Source: an uncultured Gemmatimonadaceae bacterium
Lineage (GTDB): Bacteria; Gemmatimonadota; Gemmatimonadetes; Gemmatimonadales; Gemmatimonadaceae
Reading direction: 5' to 3'
DNA: 64,000 nucleotides
NCBI GenBank assembly: GCA_963829055.1
Contig: CAWHHI010000016.1
Span: forward strand, 1,056,001 to 1,120,000
Below the pieces are notes generated by a model, which was given only the letters and a program-made list of their open reading frames with translations, was not told the origin of the DNA and did no database searches. Below are positions 1 to 9,900 of the stretch, piece after piece; the first letter of the stretch is position 1; the number at the start of each line of letters is the position of its first letter. The position numbers and the translations under genes were made by a program.

Positions 1-542
1 CTCGAGCAGCTGCGCTTCGCGCACGACGTCCGTCGAGCGCGAACGAGCGATGCTTGCCGCGCATGAGCGGAATCGCGCAGAACGCGCAGCCGTGATCGCA
101 CCCTTCGCTGATCTTGAGATAGCGGACGTGCGGCAGGTCGCCGGAGAAGAGCGCGCACGCCCGGATGGTCCACGAGCGGATCGCCGAGCAGCCCGCGCTC
201 GCTCGAGCTCCGGAATGCAGCCGATCCATCTCGGCGGCACCGAGGAAGAGATCGACCTCGGGGAGCGCTTCGGCCAGCTCGTCCTTGTGACGCTGAACCA
301 TGCACCCGACGGCGACGACGGCCTGACACACGCCCTCCTCCTTGTAGCGGCCGGCCTCTACGATCGCGTCGATGCGATTCCTTCTTCGCCGCGTCGATGA
401 AGCCGCAGGTGTTGACGATGATCACCTCGGCCTCGTCGAGATCGACGGTGTACTCGGCGCCGCGGGCGACGAGCTCAGCGAGGTAGCGCTCGCTGTCGAC
501 GGTGTTCTTGTCGCAGCCGAGCGTCAGAAGACCGACTTTCAC
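1..542 (-). CDS. rimO: Ribosomal protein S12 methylthiotransferase (N-terminal part; runs off window; apparent frameshifts)
   Basis: Minus-strand translation from GTG at 542 gives [24 protein letters not shown]...[16 protein letters not shown]...[25 protein letters not shown], the UPF0004/MTTase N-terminal motifs typical of RimO. Not in the ORF track because of indels. Confidence 0.85.
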   Translation of the reverse strand, partial: MKVGLLTLGCDKNTVDSERYLAELVARGAEYTVDLDEAEVIIVNTCGFIDAAKKESHRRDRRGRPLQGGGRVSGRRRRRVHGSASQGRAGRSAPRGRSLPRCRRDGSAAFRSSSERGLLGDPLVDHPGVRALLRRPAARPLSQDQRRVRSRLRVLRDSAHARQASLVRARRTSCAKRSCS

Positions 543-584
543 AGTACGGTGAGGTGCACAGTCATCCGACAAAACTAGCTGGTA

Positions 585-626
585 GCTGGGTGGTCGTGCT
601 GGCTGCTGGGTGACGCTGGGCGCTGG
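585..626. repeat. Copy 1 of a ~40-bp dispersed element upstream of rimO
   Basis: GCTGGGTGGTCGTGCTGGCTGCTGGGTGACGCTGGGCGCTGG; near-identical copy at 2383-2424. Confidence 0.75.
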
Positions 627-737
627 GGCGGGCCTGGCTCTCTATTACGAAACGGTTAAATGCGGACCCGTGCGGTGGCAGGGCTCGGGACGTGCGGTCA
701 CATTCGACGTTAGGGACAATCCGATGAGGGACGCCTC

Positions 738-1840
738 ATGTTCAGCACGTGCCTGTTCTGCCACAGTCGCCTCGGCAAGAACGAGGTAGTCGAGCACTTT
801 CCCGTCGGCTCGCGCCTCGCGTTCGACAGCGCGCGAGGCCGGCTGTGGGCGGTGTGCCCCGGGTGCCGCCGGTGGAACCTGTCGCCGCTGGATGACCGCT
901 GGGAGGCGATCGAGGAGTGTGAGCGGCTGTTCAGAAGCACCCGTGCCCGCGTCTCGACCGAGAACATAGGCCTGGCGCCGCTCGCGAGCGGCGTGGATCT
1001 CATCCGGATCGGACAGCCGCTCCGACCCGAATTCGCGGCGTGGCGCTATGGATCGCAGCTGAAATGGCGGCGACGTCGCGCTGGGTATCGCTGCCGGCGT
1101 CGCCGGCGCCGCGGGCCTGGCCGCGATGGCCGTGACCGCGCCACCGCTGCTCGCGGCGCTTCCTCTCCTCTCACCGGCGTTCCTTGGCCTCGGCGTGAGC
1201 GCTCCGCTCTGGGTCGTGCCCGGAATGATCGCGATGGACATCAAGGACCACTGGCAGTGGGAGCGCGTCGCGCTCCGAGTGGCTGGGCCGCAGGGTCGGC
1301 CTCTCACCGTGCGGGTCCGTCATCTCTGGGAGTCGGCGTACTACACCGACCGCCACACCGACGAGCTGGCGCTACGCCTCGTGCACGACGGCGGCGTGAC
1401 GCAGTACGAAGGCGATCCCGCGCTCTCCGCCGGCGGGCGCCTGCTCGCGCGCGCGAACTGGCTCGGCGGCGCGAGCCGGATCGTGCAGCGCGCCGTCAGC
1501 CAGATCGACGAGAGCGGCGACGCGGACGGGTTCCTGCACAAGACCGCGTCGCGGTTCTCGCGGTTTCATGGGAAGCGCATGATGGCGCAGCTACCGTCGC
1601 GTCGGGGCGATGAGCCTGCTGCCGGTGGAGCGACTCGCGCTCGAGATGGCGGTCCACGAGGAAGCGGAACGCCGCGCGCTCGACGGCGAGCTCGCGCGCC
1701 TCGCGGAGGAGTGGAAGGAGGCGGAGGAGATCGCGGCCATCGCCGACGACATGTTCGTGGAGCCTAACGTCAGCGACTGGATCAGCGACCGCGCCGCGGC
1801 TCGCCAGGCACTGACGTCCGGACCCGACGCTCAGCCGTAG
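738..1840 (+). CDS. Hypothetical protein: N-terminal Zn-ribbon (CxxC...CxxC), hydrophobic segment, C-terminal helical domain; two apparent frameshifts
   Basis: ORF pieces 738 (MFSTCLFC...VCPGCRRWNL), 1126 and 1610 join end to end. A GAGG RBS precedes the ATG at 738. Confidence 0.7.
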
Positions 1841-1841
1841 T

Positions 1842-2342
1842 TCAGCGGTAGTTGCCGAACTTCAGCTCCACGCCGAAGTCCTTGCCGCGCAGGAGCTGCA
1901 TAACGAGTTGCAGCTCGTCGCGCGACGGCGAGGTGACGCGCACCTGCTCGCCCTGAATCGCGGCCTGGACCTTCTTCATCTTCGCGTCCTTGATGGCGGC
2001 GACCACCTTCTTCGCGGTGTCGCCGTCGAGCGACATCTTGAGGCCGATGTCGCGACGCACCATGTCGCCGCCCGCGGCCTTGATGTCGCCGATGTCCAGA
2101 TTCTTCACCGGCACGCCGCGCTTGATCAGCTTCGCCTGGAGCACGTCGAACAGCGCCTGCATGCGAAACTCGCTGTCGGCGGCCAGCAGGATCTTCCCCT
2201 CCCCGCGCTGGAAATCGATCGTCGCCTTCGAATCCTTGAAGTCGTACCGCTGCGTAATCTCCTTCTGCGCCTGGTTGATCGCGTTGTCGACTTCCTGCAG
2301 GTCGACTCCGGTGGTGACATCGAAGGAATTCTGCTGAGCCAT
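1842..2342 (-). CDS. yajQ: YajQ family c-di-GMP/nucleotide-binding protein
   Basis: SFDV...VDLQEVDNAINQAQKEITQRYDFK...KVQAAIQGEQVRVT...RDELQ...FGNYR matches the YajQ signature. Confidence 0.95.
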   Translation of the reverse strand: MAQQNSFDVTTGVDLQEVDNAINQAQKEITQRYDFKDSKATIDFQRGEGKILLAADSEFRMQALFDVLQAKLIKRGVPVKNLDIGDIKAAGGDMVRRDIGLKMSLDGDTAKKVVAAIKDAKMKKVQAAIQGEQVRVTSPSRDELQLVMQLLRGKDFGVELKFGNYR

Positions 2343-2382
2343 GATCGGGACTCGGAGACGAGGACGTTGAACTGCGCTTGTT

Positions 2383-2424
2383 GCTGGGTGGTCGTGCTGG
2401 TGGCTGGGTGACGCTGAGTGCTGA
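2383..2424. repeat. Copy 2 of the ~40-bp dispersed element, upstream of yajQ
   Basis: GCTGGGTGGTCGTGCTGGTGGCTGGGTGACGCTGAGTGCTGA. Confidence 0.75.
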
Positions 2425-2439
2425 TTGCTTCCCGTTAGA

Positions 2440-2470
2440 GCTGATGGCTGATGGCCAATGGCTGATGGCT
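2440..2470. repeat. Short 7-bp tandem repeat (GCTGATG x3 plus GCCAATG variant)
   Basis: gctgatg gctgatg gccaatg gctgatg gct read directly. Confidence 0.7.
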
Positions 2471-2473
2471 AGC

Positions 2474-2952
2474 TCAACTAGTTCGTCCGGTGTCACTGGG
2501 CGAAGTAAAATATCGAACCCGAGCCAGGCCAGCTTCGAGAACGGGAACAGCACGAATGGCGCGGCAGCCATCGCCAGCGGCGCCGCCCACTGCAGCGTAT
2601 CCCAGGGCACGTTAGGCCACGTGACCAGCAGCGTCGTGACGAAGCCGACGGCGAACAGCATCTCCGACACGACGAGGTTGAACAGCATCGAGCCGATGAA
2701 GTAGTCACGCTCTCCGCGCTCGATGGCGAGGCCGCAGTTGCCGCATCGCGCGCGCATCTTGAACCAGTGCACGAGCACCGGGCCTCGGCCGCAATGCGGG
2801 CACCTGATACGCATGGCGCGCCAGAGCACCTCGAGAACGCGCCGCGAACCGGGCCACGACATTGCGCGCGACGACTCGATTCGTTCCGCGGCGATCGGCT
2901 GCTGGGGCGAGCGCGGATCGCGTGGATCCGCGCGAGGATCGCTTGAAGCCAT
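2474..2952 (-). CDS. DUF983-like membrane protein with Zn-ribbon (3' end uncertain)
   Basis: RCPHCGRGPVL..WFKMRARCGNCG followed by two TM helices and PFSKLAWLGFD. The ORF-track read-through to 1831 is probably a lost stop. Confidence 0.7.
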
Positions 2953-2986
2953 GCTTGGAAGCCTAATCGTTCAGCACACGGATGCA

Positions 2987-3016
2987 CGATGGGCGGGTCC
3001 GCGGACCCGCCCATCG
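2987..3016. terminator. Perfect 30-bp palindrome downstream of the sigma factor gene (terminator or REP-like hairpin)
   Basis: CGATGGGCGGGTCCG|CGGACCCGCCCATCG. No clear U-tract. Confidence 0.5.
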
Positions 3017-3041
3017 ACCACCAGAGTCACACAGCGGCTGC

Positions 3042-3899
3042 TCAGCCGAGGAAGCTCTCCAGAGCCCGCGCACGTGATACGTGGCGCAGGCGCGAGAGCG
3101 CCTTCTCCTTGATCTGTCGGACGCGCTCGCGCGTGATACCGAGCAGTGAACCGATCTGCTCCAGCGTCATCGGCTCCTCGCCGTCGAGGCCGAAGTACAG
3201 GCGGAGAATCTTCGCCTCACGCTCTTTCAGGCTCGACAGCGACTCCTCGATGGCCTCGGTGAGCGCCTTCTCGAACGTCTGCTCGTCAGGCGTCGGGTTG
3301 ACGTTGTCGGCGAGGTAGTCGAGCAGCTTGTTGTCTTCGCCTGGCGTGAGCGGCGCGTCGAGGGAGAGGTGGGTCTGCGAGATGGACATCGTCTTCGCGA
3401 CCTCTTCCTCGGTGATGTCCATCCCCTCAGCGATCTCGGCGTGCGTCGCTTCGCGGCCCAGCTCCTGGAGCAGCGAGTTCGCGCGCTTGCCGATCCGGTG
3501 CAGCGTGCCTGCGCGGTTGAGCGGCACGCGCACGATGCGCGACTGTTCAGCCAACGCCTGCAGGATGGCCTGCCGGATCCACCACACCGCGTACGAGATG
3601 AACTTGATGCCCTTCGTCTCGTCGAATTTGTGAGCGGCGCGAATGAGCCCGAGGTTGCCCTCGTTGATCAGATCCGAGAGCGAGACGCCCTGGTTCTGAT
3701 ATTTCTTCGCCACCGAGACGACGAAGCGCAGGTTCGACCGTACCAGCTTGTCGAGTGCTTCCTGATCGCTCTTGCGGATGCACTGGGCGAGCCGGACCTC
3801 CTCATCGCGACTGATCAGCGGATACGCGCTGATGTCGCGGAGGTACTGGTCGAGCGAGCCTTCCTCGTAAGAACTTTTTTTCGGCGGGGTGGCGGCCAT
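3042..3899 (-). CDS. RNA polymerase sigma-70 factor, RpoD/SigA family (short form lacking region 1.1)
   Basis: Region 1.2 LDQYLRDI, region 2 NLRFVVSVAKKYQNQG...DLINEGNLGL...KFISYAVWWIRQ, region 4 MTLEQIG...TRERVRQI. AAGGAG RBS precedes the ATG at 3899. Confidence 0.93.
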   Translation of the reverse strand: MAATPPKKSSYEEGSLDQYLRDISAYPLISRDEEVRLAQCIRKSDQEALDKLVRSNLRFVVSVAKKYQNQGVSLSDLINEGNLGLIRAAHKFDETKGIKFISYAVWWIRQAILQALAEQSRIVRVPLNRAGTLHRIGKRANSLLQELGREATHAEIAEGMDITEEEVAKTMSISQTHLSLDAPLTPGEDNKLLDYLADNVNPTPDEQTFEKALTEAIEESLSSLKEREAKILRLYFGLDGEEPMTLEQIGSLLGITRERVRQIKEKALSRLRHVSRARALESFLG

Positions 3900-3994
3900 A
3901 CGACCAGCGGCTCCTTCGGTGTTCCTCTTTTCCCACCGCGCCTTCGCGCGCTTCGTGAGACGATCGGAGGGATTGTCCATTTCGGGACGGGAGG

Positions 3995-4776
3995 TCAACG
4001 GACGCGCTCCCCGATGCGAGTCCAACGGATTCTAGTCAGCCACGACATCCGATCCAGCGAGTCGGGATCGTAGCTGTAATAGACGAACATCGGGCGTCCG
4101 CGGATGAGCGAATCAGGAACGAACTGCCAGTATCGACTGTCGAGCGAATTATCCCGATTGTCGCCGAGAACGAAATACTCGTCCTTCGGGACGACCAGCG
4201 GACCCCAGTTGTTTCGTGACGGCGTCGAACCGGTCGCCGCCTGCGGCCGACTGCACCAGGTACTTCTTCTGCCACTCGAACTCGACGGAGGTCGGATCCA
4301 TCTCCGGCTCGCTGTGAGTTACGTAGAGCTCCTTCTGCTGCACTCCGTTCAGAAAGAGCTCGCCGGATCCTCATCTCGAGCGTATCGCCCGGAACGCCGA
4401 CGAGTCGCTTCACGAAGTTCTTCGTGGGATCGACCGGCCATTGGAAGACGATGACATCGCCGCGCTGCGGATGACGAATCGCCGGAAGATGCTTGCCGGT
4501 GAACGGCACTTCTGCGCCGTACACCATCTTGTTGACCAGCAGAAAGTCGCCGACGAGCAGCGTCTTCTCCATGCTCCCGCTCGGGATCTTGAACGCCTCG
4601 ACGAGGAACGTTCGCACGAACAGGAACAGGATGATCGCGATCGTGAATGACTTCGCCCATTCGAGGAACAGCCCCCAGTGCAGGCCGGGGCTCCGGTTCA
4701 CGCGCCTCAGCGCTTCCGCGCGATGCTCCTCGCTGACCGGCGGACGGACCGGCGTCGTATGGGCGGCTTCGCTCAT
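3995..4776 (-). CDS. lepB: Signal peptidase I (apparent frameshifts near 4370 and 4215)
   Basis: FKIPSGSMEKTLLVGDFLLVNK (catalytic Ser), NFVKRLVGVPGD (catalytic Lys), then in other frames YFVLGDNRDNSLDSRYW. Stop at 3995. Confidence 0.92.
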
Positions 4777-5189
4777 TGCGAGGATGTCAGAGAAGGCGAA
4801 TCAGGAACGAACGAAACGATCGCCGAGAGTCGCGTCGCGACGCGCTCGGCAGCAGCGCGCGATGCCGCAGCCAGACGAACCGTCGCGACCGTGTGACGTC
4901 CCGAAGTACTGGTCCCCATTCCGAGCGGCGCGATCGACTCCGCTGCGAGAGCGGCGCGAACGCGTGAGCCGAGATCAGGTGCTGATGGCGCGGTGAAGAC
5001 AGCCACAATCGCCTCGGTCGCTGTATCTGCAAGGCCACCGGACGGCGCAGCCGAGAGCGACTCGAGCGCGTCGCCAACGCGCGCGACAGCGTCTTCGATG
5101 AGGTGACGAGGCACGCCCCGTCCCTCGACTCTTCGTTGCACCCGCTCTGCGAGCGCGCGACGCATGTCGTGTGTCAGCGCCATTGCCAC
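4773..5189 (-). CDS. Hypothetical protein with ACT-like C-terminal domain
   Basis: 138-aa ORF overlapping the lepB start by 4 bp. IVAVFTAPSAPDLGSRVRAALAAESI..LGMGTS has an ACT-like pattern. Confidence 0.55.
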   Translation of the reverse strand: MAMALTHDMRRALAERVQRRVEGRGVPRHLIEDAVARVGDALESLSAAPSGGLADTATEAIVAVFTAPSAPDLGSRVRAALAAESIAPLGMGTSTSGRHTVATVRLAAASRAAAERVATRLSAIVSFVPDSPSLTSSQ

Positions 5190-5273
5190 CCGGTCAATTA
5201 ATTCGCGGAATCAGACGTTCGCAAGCGAGCCAGGACCGCGCTCGCGATTGCCCGCACAGAACGTCGCCAGCGC

Positions 5274-6774
5274 TCACGTCGGACTGCCAGCGTAGTTGTC
5301 GATCTGGGCGCGCTGCAACGATCCCGAGAAATCGATGTAGCCGACCTTCGTTTCCGAGTAGAACTCGTAGACCTCCCACCCACCTTCGCGGTGGCCGTTC
5401 CCCGTCTGCTTTACCCCCCCGAACGGGAGGTGTGCCTCAGCGCCAATGGTCGGCGCGTTGATGTACGTGATGCCGTTGTCCAATTCCACCAGCGCGCGAT
5501 ACGCCACGTTGACGTCCTGCGTGTACACCGACGACGACAGTCCGTACTTCACGTCGTTGTTCACCGCGAACGCTTCCTCCGGGGTCGACACGCGAATCAC
5601 CGACAGCACCGGACCAAAGATCTCTTCCTGCTCCAGACGACTGCCAGGCTCCACACGGGCGAAGATCGTCGGCTCGAAGAAGAAGCCCTTCGACAACGCT
5701 CGCGCTTCGGGCCGCTTTCCTCCGCACAGCAGGTCCGCGCCCTCGGCCTGACCGATGTCGATGTACTGCTCGACCTTTTCGCGGGATGCCTCGTGGATCA
5801 GCGGACCGACGTCGGTTCCCTTCTTCCGCCCGTCTCCAAGTCGCAAACCTCTTGCCTTATCGACGAGCAGCCCGAGGAAGTTGTCATGAATTCCGCCCTG
5901 AAGGATGAGCCGGCTCGTGGCCGTGCAGCGCTGGCCGGCTGTGCCGAACGCGCCCCAGAGGACGCCGTCCAGTGCCAGCTCGAGGTTTGCGTCATTCAGC
6001 ACGATCTGCGCGTTCTTCCCGCCCATCTCGAGCGAGAGCCGCTTGTGCATCCGACCGCACACTTCGCCAACAACGCGGCCCGTTTCCGTCGAGCCCGTGA
6101 ACGAGATCACCGGAATCTCCGGATGTTCGACGATCGCTGCACCCACAGTCTCACCACGCCCATGCACGAGCTGGATCACTTCGGGCGGTAGCCCTGCCTC
6201 GAGCAGTATCTCGACCAGCACCGTCGCGGTATGCGGCACGTCCTCGGCTGGCTTGAGGATCACCGAGTTTCCGCAGAGCAGCGCCGGAAACATCTTCCAC
6301 GTCGGGATGGCCATGGGGAAGTTGAACGGCGTCACCAGGCCACATACGCCAATGGGACGCCGGAAGCTCATCGCCCACTTCGCCTGCAACTCACTAGGCA
6401 CTGTGTGGCCAAAGAGGCGGCGTCCTTCAGTGGCGGCGTAGTACGCCGTGTCGATGCCTTCCTGTACGTCGCCGCGCGTCTCCTGGAGTGGCTTCCCCAT
6501 CTCGCGGGTCATCAGGTCCGCGATCTCTTCCTTACGGTTGGTCATGAGATCGCCGACCCGTCGCAGCACGTCGCCACGTGCGGGCGCCGGTGTGCGACGC
6601 CAGATCTCGAACCCACGCTTGGCGGATACCACCGCGTTGTCGACGTCGACGCGACGTCGAGAGCGGAAACCGGCCGATGATGTCTGTCGTATCGGCCGGG
6701 TTGACATTCTCGAAGTGCTCGCCGGAGGACGGCTCAGACCAGGCCCCAGCAATAAAATTGCGGAAAATCTTCAT
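5274..6774 (-). CDS. Aldehyde dehydrogenase family protein (frameshift near 6660)
   Basis: TPFNFP, KPAE, FTGSTETG, LEMGGKN, GQRCTA (catalytic Cys), EEIFGPV, PFGGVKQTG. True N-terminus MKIFRNFIAGAW is in another frame. Confidence 0.95.
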
Positions 6775-6856
6775 GTTGAAAGCTATCGGTGGTGGGCTCG
6801 AGCGTCTGGAAGTGTAGCCGCTGCCCGCGTGCGGGCAAAACGCCACCACCCGGCGG

Positions 6857-7297
6857 TCACGGGCACATCCACCCGGGGCGTGTCGGGTCGGGCTTCGCAT
6901 AGCCGGTACGCGGAAGGATCTCGATCGCGCCCAGGACGCCACCCCAGAGCACGAGCAGCAGCGCGAGGACGTGGCCGCGCGACGAGCGATGCCGCCACGT
7001 CCATACAGACGTCCATACGCCTGCTCCGATGACCACACCGACCGCGGCGAGATAGCCGGCGAGCGCGAGCCCGCAGCGTGTCTCATACGGCCAGAAGACC
7101 ATCCCGATGCCGAGCGCTACCGCGAGAACCAACCGCGCCATGACACCGAGCGTCGACGTGCTCTGCTGCTTCGCGACCGCCTCGGCGCGAGCCTGCGGTG
7201 TCTTCGCCGATTTCGCCGGGAGCAGCGCCTCGTCCGATGCCCCTTCGAGCATGCGGTCGATCTTCTTCATCTCGGTGTCCCAATCTTTCCCGCTCAT
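6857..7297 (-). CDS. Hypothetical membrane protein (3 TM helices)
   Basis: 146-aa ORF with three hydrophobic stretches. Start overlaps the stop of the upstream regulator. Confidence 0.75.
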   Translation of the reverse strand: MSGKDWDTEMKKIDRMLEGASDEALLPAKSAKTPQARAEAVAKQQSTSTLGVMARLVLAVALGIGMVFWPYETRCGLALAGYLAAVGVVIGAGVWTSVWTWRHRSSRGHVLALLLVLWGGVLGAIEILPRTGYAKPDPTRPGWMCP

Positions 7298-8665
7298 CAG
7301 ACTGTCTCTCTCGTTAGGCCGTACCGCTCGATCTTCTTGTAGAGATTCGATCGCGGCATCTCGAGTGCACGTGCCGTCTCCGACACGTTCCAGTCGAATT
7401 CACGAAGCTTGGCCAGCAGGAACGCACGCTCCGCGGCGTGCTTGAACTCTTCGAACGTCTTGCAGTCCAGCAGCGATCCGAGACTGGCGTTGTCCGTGAC
7501 GCGACGGCCAGCCAGGCGCTCGACGTCGGCAACCACGATGCGCGGGCCCGACGACAGGATGAGCAGGCGCTCGAGCGTGTTGCGAAGCTCTCGCACGTTG
7601 CCGGGCCAGTCCATGTTCGTGAGCACGTCCACCGCGGCCGGATCGAGCACGCGCGGCGGCACGCCCTCGCGCTCGGACAGCGTGCGCACGAAGTGCGACG
7701 CGAGCAGCGGGATATCTTCGCGCCGTTCACGAAGCGGCGGGATGTGGACCGGCACGACGTTGAGTCGGTAGTAGAGGTCTTCGCGGAAGCGTCCCGCGGC
7801 GATCTCCTCTTCCAGATTCTTGTTCGTCGCGGACAACACGCGCACGTCGACCTTCACCGGCTTCGCGCTGCCGATGCGCGTCACCACGCCATCCTGCAAT
7901 ACGCGCAGAACCTTCGCCTGCGCGGACTGGCTCATGTCGCCGATCTCGTCGAGGAAGAGCGTGCCGCCGTCGGCCTGCTCGAACTTCCCTGGCCGATCTG
8001 ACACCGCGCCAGTGAACGAGCCTTTCATGTGGCCGAACAACTCGCTCTCGATCAACTCGCTCGGGATCGCCGCGCAATTGACTTCGACGAACGGCTTCGA
8101 GGCGCGTGGCGACATGCTTGTGAATCGCGCGCGCCACGAGCTCCTTGCCCGTCCCGTTCTCGCCGGTGATGAGCACGCGCGCTGGCGTCCCGCCGACCTT
8201 CTCGATCTTGTCGATGACCGCGCGAATCGCGAACGAGCGGCCGACGATCTCATAACGCGACTCGATCGTCTGCTTGAGCCTAACGTTTTCTTCCTGCAGC
8301 TCGAGATGCTGCAGTGCGTTCCGCAACAGCACGAGAATGCGATCGGTGTCGAGCGGCTTCTCGAGGATGTCGTACGCACCGAGCTGCGTCGCCTCGACGG
8401 CCGTCTGGATGGTCGCGTGTCCGCTGATCATCACGACCGTAGCCGACGGGTCGATCTGCTTGATGCGTCGCAGCCCCTCGAGGCCGTCCATGCCGGCCAT
8501 CTTCACGTCCATGAACACCAGATTCGGACGCCACTTCTCGTACTCCGCGATGCCGTCCGCGGCGTTGCCCGCGGTCCTGACCTCGTACCCCTCGAACTCC
8601 AGCAGCTGGCCGAGCGCGGCCCTGATGCCCTGCTCGTCGTCGACGACGAGAATCCGGCGGCTCAC
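7297..8665 (-). CDS. Sigma-54-interaction-type response regulator, NtrC/NtrX family (frameshift near 8117)
   Basis: Receiver ILVVDDE...[14 protein letters not shown]+ [47 protein letters not shown]-terminal Fis-type HTH. Confidence 0.93.
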
Positions 8666-9333
8666 TTGACCGTCTTGTAAAGGGTGACTTTGCCATTGGC
8701 GACGCGGGTGTCGCCGATGTACGTTGGCAGCACGAACGGCAGGCCGTTCTCCAATACGCCATCCGGTCGGGTACCGCGCCGAATCTGACGGAGCAGTTTC
8801 GGAATGGCGCCGCGCGGAATCGGCAATTCGCCGAGCTTGATGTCTTCCACGAGGAATTGCGCGAGGCCGGGTCGGATGATCGCGAATGTTCCGCCCATCT
8901 GCAGTCGCTCCCTGCGCCCCACCATACCAGCGAGGGGTCCGAGAGCATCAGCGGCCTTGAAGTCATCGAGCGAGATGACCGCGCGGACGTACATCCGGTT
9001 CGCGATCGTGGCCGCCTCGATGCTGTCGGCCGACGGTGGCAGCTGCGCGGCGAGTGCAATGTAGAAATAGGACGCGACGTCCCCGGGTGGCAGGTTCACG
9101 AACACCGGCCCGCTGCGCCTGCCTAACGACTCGATCGTGCGTCGCGCGCGCGCGGCAGCTTCGTCACTCACCGGTTCCCACGTCGGGCCCCCGCTGGCGG
9201 CGACGGTCGTGCCCGAGCGTGGCACCTTCGCGCTGATCAGCGGCAACCACCGGTCGCGCAGGAAATACGCGGCGACCGCAACAACGCACAGCACGAATAG
9301 ACAGCCGATCCTCCGGAAACACCCGAACATCAC
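8662..9333 (-). CDS. Hypothetical membrane-anchored protein
   Basis: 223-aa ORF with N-terminal TM/signal anchor; overlaps both neighbours by 4 bp. Confidence 0.7.
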   Translation of the reverse strand: MMFGCFRRIGCLFVLCVVAVAAYFLRDRWLPLISAKVPRSGTTVAASGGPTWEPVSDEAAARARRTIESLGRRSGPVFVNLPPGDVASYFYIALAAQLPPSADSIEAATIANRMYVRAVISLDDFKAADALGPLAGMVGRRERLQMGGTFAIIRPGLAQFLVEDIKLGELPIPRGAIPKLLRQIRRGTRPDGVLENGLPFVLPTYIGDTRVANGKVTLYKTVK

Positions 9334-9900
9334 GTTCCTCGTGCGTGAAGGGGGACGGCAGCCATCGTGGAATACCGAGACCCACCTGGGCCCAGCTCGC
9401 TACGCATCAAGTCTATCGTCTGCACCGTGAAGCCGCCCACCGCCCTGAACGCCCGGGCGGAGGCGGCCAAGGTCGCGGCTTCCGCGGGCGTGAGCTCCTG
9501 TCGCACGCGCCCGAGCGTCAAATGTGCCTGAAACGCGCGCCCCTCGGGAGCAATCCCCAGGGGCGCCAACGCCTGATCGATGTCTCGCACGAGTGCCCGG
9601 AGCGCGTCCTCGCCAGTCATTCCGACCCATACGACACGTGGCCTGCGGAAGTTTGGGAATGCGCCAGCCTCCGTGAGGCGAATGTCGATCGGCCCATGAC
9701 GCTCGGCCGACCGTTCCGATCGTCCGGCGCACGTCGTCGATCACGCGCTCATCGCACTCGCCAAGAAATTTGAGTGTGATGTGAAGTGACGGTGCAGCGA
9801 CCCACCGGACCGCAGGTGCCGCGTCACGGAGCACCGCCGCATCGGCGTGGATGGCATCGCGAACGTTCGCCGGGAGATTACCCGCGATGAATAGCCGCAT
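9330..9900 (-). CDS. thpR: RNA 2',3'-cyclic phosphodiesterase (2H phosphoesterase, LigT/ThpR); apparent frameshifts near 9660-9710
   Basis: MRLFIA..., first motif HITLKFLG, second motif FQAHLTLGR, C-terminal LMRSELGPGGSRY. Confidence 0.88.

Noticed and set aside
1831..2952. 373-aa ORF fusing a DUF983 domain to an alternative frame of yajQ
   Set aside because: The extension runs through heptamer repeats and an off-frame overlap of yajQ. A lost stop near 2474-2480 explains it.
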